From contig CDMY01000350.1 in assembly GCA_001179505.1 (NCBI GenBank), positions 1-64,000 on the forward strand: DNA of 64,000 nt, read 5' to 3'. Positions 60,086-64,000 of this stretch are shown here, piece by piece (position 1 is the first letter of the stretch; each line of letters begins with the position of its first letter). The position numbers and the translations under genes were made by a program. Source of the stretch: Vitrella brassicaformis CCMP3155. Taxonomy: Eukaryota > Protista > Chromerida. The notes below the pieces were generated by a model that was given only the letters and a program-made list of their open reading frames with translations, did no database searches and was not told the origin of the DNA.

Positions 60086-60699
60086 CGCCTCGAATCACTG
60101 AGTCAGCACATGGCAAACACCTTCCTGACAGCACACAGGACACACACAAGGAAGTGGGCGCCAGGTCTGTGCGACGTATGTGGTTCTTCTCTCACCCTTC
60201 CTCAGTTGAGCAGCTGCTTTGCAGGGGACACGACGACGCCGGCACAATCAAGGATGCAGGCCTCTGTTCGTCACCCGCAAAGATCAACGGCCCTCCCTTC
60301 GCTTCCCCAGCGAAATTCACGAATTTGCGCTCTACCGCGAATCTCGACGGGGACGGGACGGCCTTCTTCGCAATTTTCTGATTTCGTTTGCCATCGGATT
60401 CTCCGCGCTTGTGGGCCCTTTTACTCTTTGTGGGTGTTCTATGGCCTTTCACCTTCGTGTGTCCGTTCTCAGGCTCTGCAGGGAGCGGCTCCTGGGTCAT
60501 GTGCATCAGCCAGCACAACGACCACATATGGTGGCGGGGAGATGACGGAGTTCAACACGCATGAGGGAGGCCCTGTTGTGTTGCGGGTGGCATGCGGATG
60601 GATACCTGGAGGAAGAGCACGCCGATAAGCAGGCAGGCGAGGAGGGAAAGGAGCGGCATACAAACGCTAATTCCCTCTGTCGTCCTACTGATGCTTGAA

Positions 60700-62829
60700 T
60701 GCAGGCATTGCTGCAGCCATCGATACACTGCACGACCTGTGTGTGTCTGCGTGTCCGTGTGTACGTTTGCATGGTTCTTGCAGGGTTCTCCACACACTGG
60801 ATTCACCCCAGATTGGGATTCACCGCCCTGTGCACTGCGACAGCACTCCAGCCACTGACCCACGTCAACGAGCGACACCCCCGTCGGCACTGAGGCGTGC
60901 GGGAGCCCTTTGCCACCTGCACTTTCTGCGTGAGAGATATGCCGCGGCTCTGTGCAGCAGACACGACGGCTGGCGGCCGCGTTCTCGTCGAGGACGCATT
61001 GGCGTCCGTTCGTTCGAATCGCCACCGAGAGCCGGTATGCATTGCGACAATAAAGACATGTACAGGATTGAATGCTGTTTCCATGCCTGACTTTTGTGGT
61101 TCGTGCAGGTGCGTCGGCGGCTGACTGAGCAGCAGGGGGAGGAGGTCATATTGCACTGCAGGGTATGATCCATGCGCCGCATGATGACGACGGCATGTGT
61201 GTAAGGTTCGGGAATGAATGCGTTGAGATGGTCTGTGTGTACAGGAGGAGGTGGTCCAAGCTGTGCGGAGCGCCAACCTGCTCGTTGACACGAGCGTCTC
61301 GATGCGAGAGGGGCTCCAAGGCTGCGCAGAGGTCTTATTCAACCAAACCACCCACAGCCACATCGCCTACAAGGTGTTCAAGACTTACGAAACCGACGAG
61401 CCCAGGGTACGTGAGGGTCACGGTGGGGCTGGCGGCATGCGTGGGTGTCACAAGAATGTGTGTGTATGTGTGTGCGGGTCGCAGGACGCTGAGGGGTTTG
61501 TGAGGAATGGGTGGGACATCTCAGCGGCAGCAGGTGTGAGCCACGAGAACGTGGTCAGCGCCCCTCACATTCTCAAGGTCCGCACCCCCTACGCGACCGT
61601 CAAGGCGATAGTCATGCACTACTGCAATGGTATGCACGAGTCGAGACATGCACCAGTGCCCGCGTATCCATGAATTCGGACATTGTTGCGAATGCCTCTC
61701 TCCTTCATGTAGGCGGCACCCTTGCAGACCGAGAGTTCGTACTAGTGCCACTGCTGCGGCAAGCGCTGGCCGCCCTCAAGCACCTGCACGAGAAAGGCAT
61801 CGCCCACACTGATGTTCTGGTACGGATGGATGAATGTGTGGATGGGATTTACTCATTCTGTATGTGTCCGTTCATCTATTCATCCAGGGGTCCAGGGAGT
61901 GCCCTGGGGGCAATCTGGGTATAGTCATGGACGCCGCCACCAGACAGGCCCGCCTGGTGCTGCTTGACCTCGACCGCGCAGAAAGACACGACCCCACAGC
62001 CAAAGACTTTGTAAGAGACATGTCTTCCTCAAGGCAGGCAGCTAGCGACGGCACTTCGAATCGCTCATGCGCCGTGCTCTTCCTCTGCTTGTCTATTGTG
62101 CAGGCGGCCGAGGCTCAAGGAGACTGCGAGGACCTGGGCACCGTATTCGACCACCTGTTGGGCGAGACGAGGGTCAGACGCACATGCCTACACCCACAAA
62201 TCAATTGCACTCACGGCTCATTCTGGGGTTGACATGCAGTCACTCGTATGCGCCGAGATTGTCAGGAGGCTGGAGAACGGACTATACAGCGCCAAGAAGG
62301 TGAGAAGGAAGTACATCTCTCACGTCTCTCCTGTCGTTTTTACTCTTCTCGTGTCTGGTTTCTTCAGGCGTTGGACGATCTCGAGAGGAGGTGGACCCCC
62401 CGGCACGGCCACAAGGCCGCACAGCCGAGGCCGGCAAAGTCGCAGCAGAAGCCAAGCCACCTGAAGCCGCTTACAGTGGCGCCCTCCTCGACCCACACAC
62501 ACGGTGCCCGCCAGTGGGTGGGGCACTTGGTGGGTAGGGCGACGGCGGCCATCCCATCACACGAGGAGCTCAAGCGACGGGAGGACCGCACCTGGCGCGG
62601 CACGTGGAGGGGCGGCAGAGTCGCGGGAGCCAGACTAAAGGTTGACACGGGGCGTGGTGGTGTGGCGGCGGTGGCGGCTGTTGTTGCCGCTGCTGGTGGT
62701 GCGGCTCCAGCACCCCCACCACAGACACGGGCGGGAGGGGACCATTGGACATGCAAGGTGGCAGACAAGGGATGTGAAGGGACTCGAGCGGGGGTGGAAG
62801 AAATACTTCTGATTGAAGACGCCAATTGA
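60700..62829 (+). CDS. Multi-exon divergent protein kinase-like (possible pseudokinase); start uncertain
   Basis: HIAYKVF (subdomain II), HENVV, IVMHYCNGGTL, LRQALAALKHLHEKGIAHTD (HRD position), LVLLDLD (DFG position), DCEDLGTVFDHLL. Confidence 0.7.
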
Positions 62830-62969
62830 AGTCATCTAGACCAAGGTACGAAAGGCAGACATTACAGAAGGACACAGTCCTGGAGGCACACACTGCGCCA
62901 CACAGCTGTGTGTGGGTATGGCTGACAGTGTGTCTCCATGCATGGCTGCGTCTATTTTTCTGTGCCAGA

Positions 62970-63763
62970 TGAGTTCGTTGGAGACATTGCATCAGATGCG
63001 CTGCATCCACCGAGACCAGAGCCTGAAAAACTGTAAGGAAGGATCAGATGCGAATGGAAACACCTTTGTGGATGTCTTGTATTTGCAATGGACTCATTGG
63101 CTCAGTGATCGTCGGCCCGAGGGATCCGCAGGCCCTCGGCGTGTACGTGGTGGATTACACACGGTCCTTCCGGGCGGGGATACAGGACCACGGGGCTCGG
63201 TTTGTCGGCCGACAGAGCACCATGAAGGGCACGTTGCTGTATGCGGGCGAGTGGTCGGTGAAGAGCATCGAGACTTCTTACCGGTCAGTGTCCGTCCCTG
63301 TGTGTGTGTGTGATTGGTTTTGGGGGTCATGGATGTGTGTGTGTGTGATTGCAGTGACGACCTGATGACGTGTTTCTGGGCGCTGGTGCATGTGATGGAT
63401 CAAATTACATCGAGGGAGCCGGGGACGCCGCCGACGGTCTCTGCGGCATGGGGGGCGACGGGCCGAAGATGCGGGCGGCCACACGACGACTCATCGACAC
63501 CCGACGAATTAACTTCCCCAAGTGGCTGCGCAAACGCGCGGCAGACCTCCCAAGTGAGCCAAAAACCTGGTGTCTCTCTTGGGTTTGCCTTGCGCCTATA
63601 TATAAATGTGTGTGGTCACCTGCTCGCAGGTTCCATTCGGATGGCATTTGAGGATGGCATGCTGGACCTGTACGACACTCTCACTGGTCTGCCCTTTGGA
63701 GCCCTGACGGCCAGCACGTATGACAAAATCTTCGGCCACATCGACGCCACAATTCGCCTGTGA
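62970..63763 (+). pseudogene. CK1/VRK-like kinase C-lobe fragment with an apparent frameshift
   Basis: SLETLHQMRCIHRDQSLKN, GVYVVDYTRSF, KGTLLYAGEWS, SYR/DDLMTCFWAL. The downstream coding-like frame (RINFPKWL..LYDTLTGLPF..YDKIF) is offset. Confidence 0.55.
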
Positions 63764-64000
63764 GTGGCCGAAACACACAGCGGGCGTGGGGCACCGATGT
63801 ACAGTGGCAGGCATTTGTTATCTACGTACATGTGTGCAGGTTTGAGAGTCTGCCCCGCCAGTGCTCCTTCGGAGACGTTGCACAGAATGGGATATGTTCG
63901 AGACCAGGGCCTCAACAAGTGTAAAGAAAAGATGATACCGACTGTCTCAATGGGTAAGCGACATGGTGAGCGAATCGATGTTATGTCGTTGTACTTTTAT

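Noticed and set aside
1-64000. CRISPR arrays, prokaryotic operons or defence systems, rRNA, snRNA
   Set aside because: No regularly spaced repeats with unique spacers and no recognisable rRNA or snRNA motifs were seen. The DNA is clearly spliceosomal-intron-rich eukaryotic sequence.

Overview
Eukaryotic, GC-rich, intron-dense genomic DNA. The short GT-AG introns are packed with (CA/GT)n, (GA)n, (TGGA)n, (GACA)n and (CAGT)n microsatellites. This style and the gene families suggest the chromerid alveolate Vitrella brassicaformis, which is an inference. There are three 300-N scaffold gaps (853-1152, 49367-49666, 54165-54464). Most entries in the ORF track are antisense or intronic noise; I rebuilt the real genes by joining exons by eye. 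Contents: Ty1/copia retrotransposon fragments with a candidate LTR (1-3270); housekeeping genes (CNOT10, gamma-glutamyl hydrolase, TDP2, TIP41/TIPRL, CS-domain cyclophilin, SET-like protein, AAAP amino-acid transporter); one tRNA-Leu(CAA); an intronless ankyrin gene; a BTB-TLDc gene with an in-frame stop; degenerate kinases; and several hypothetical genes. The most striking feature is eight intronless paralogues of one unannotated family (5 intact, 3 disrupted). They share a C-terminal core of roughly 270 aa but carry one of two N-termini, one F-box-like and one BC-box-like. They sit in head-to-head pairs and share conserved non-coding 5' and 3' modules. Also notable is a telomere-like G-quadruplex motif filling the predicted 3' trailer of the tRNA. 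All alignments and identities were judged by eye; no database searches were run.
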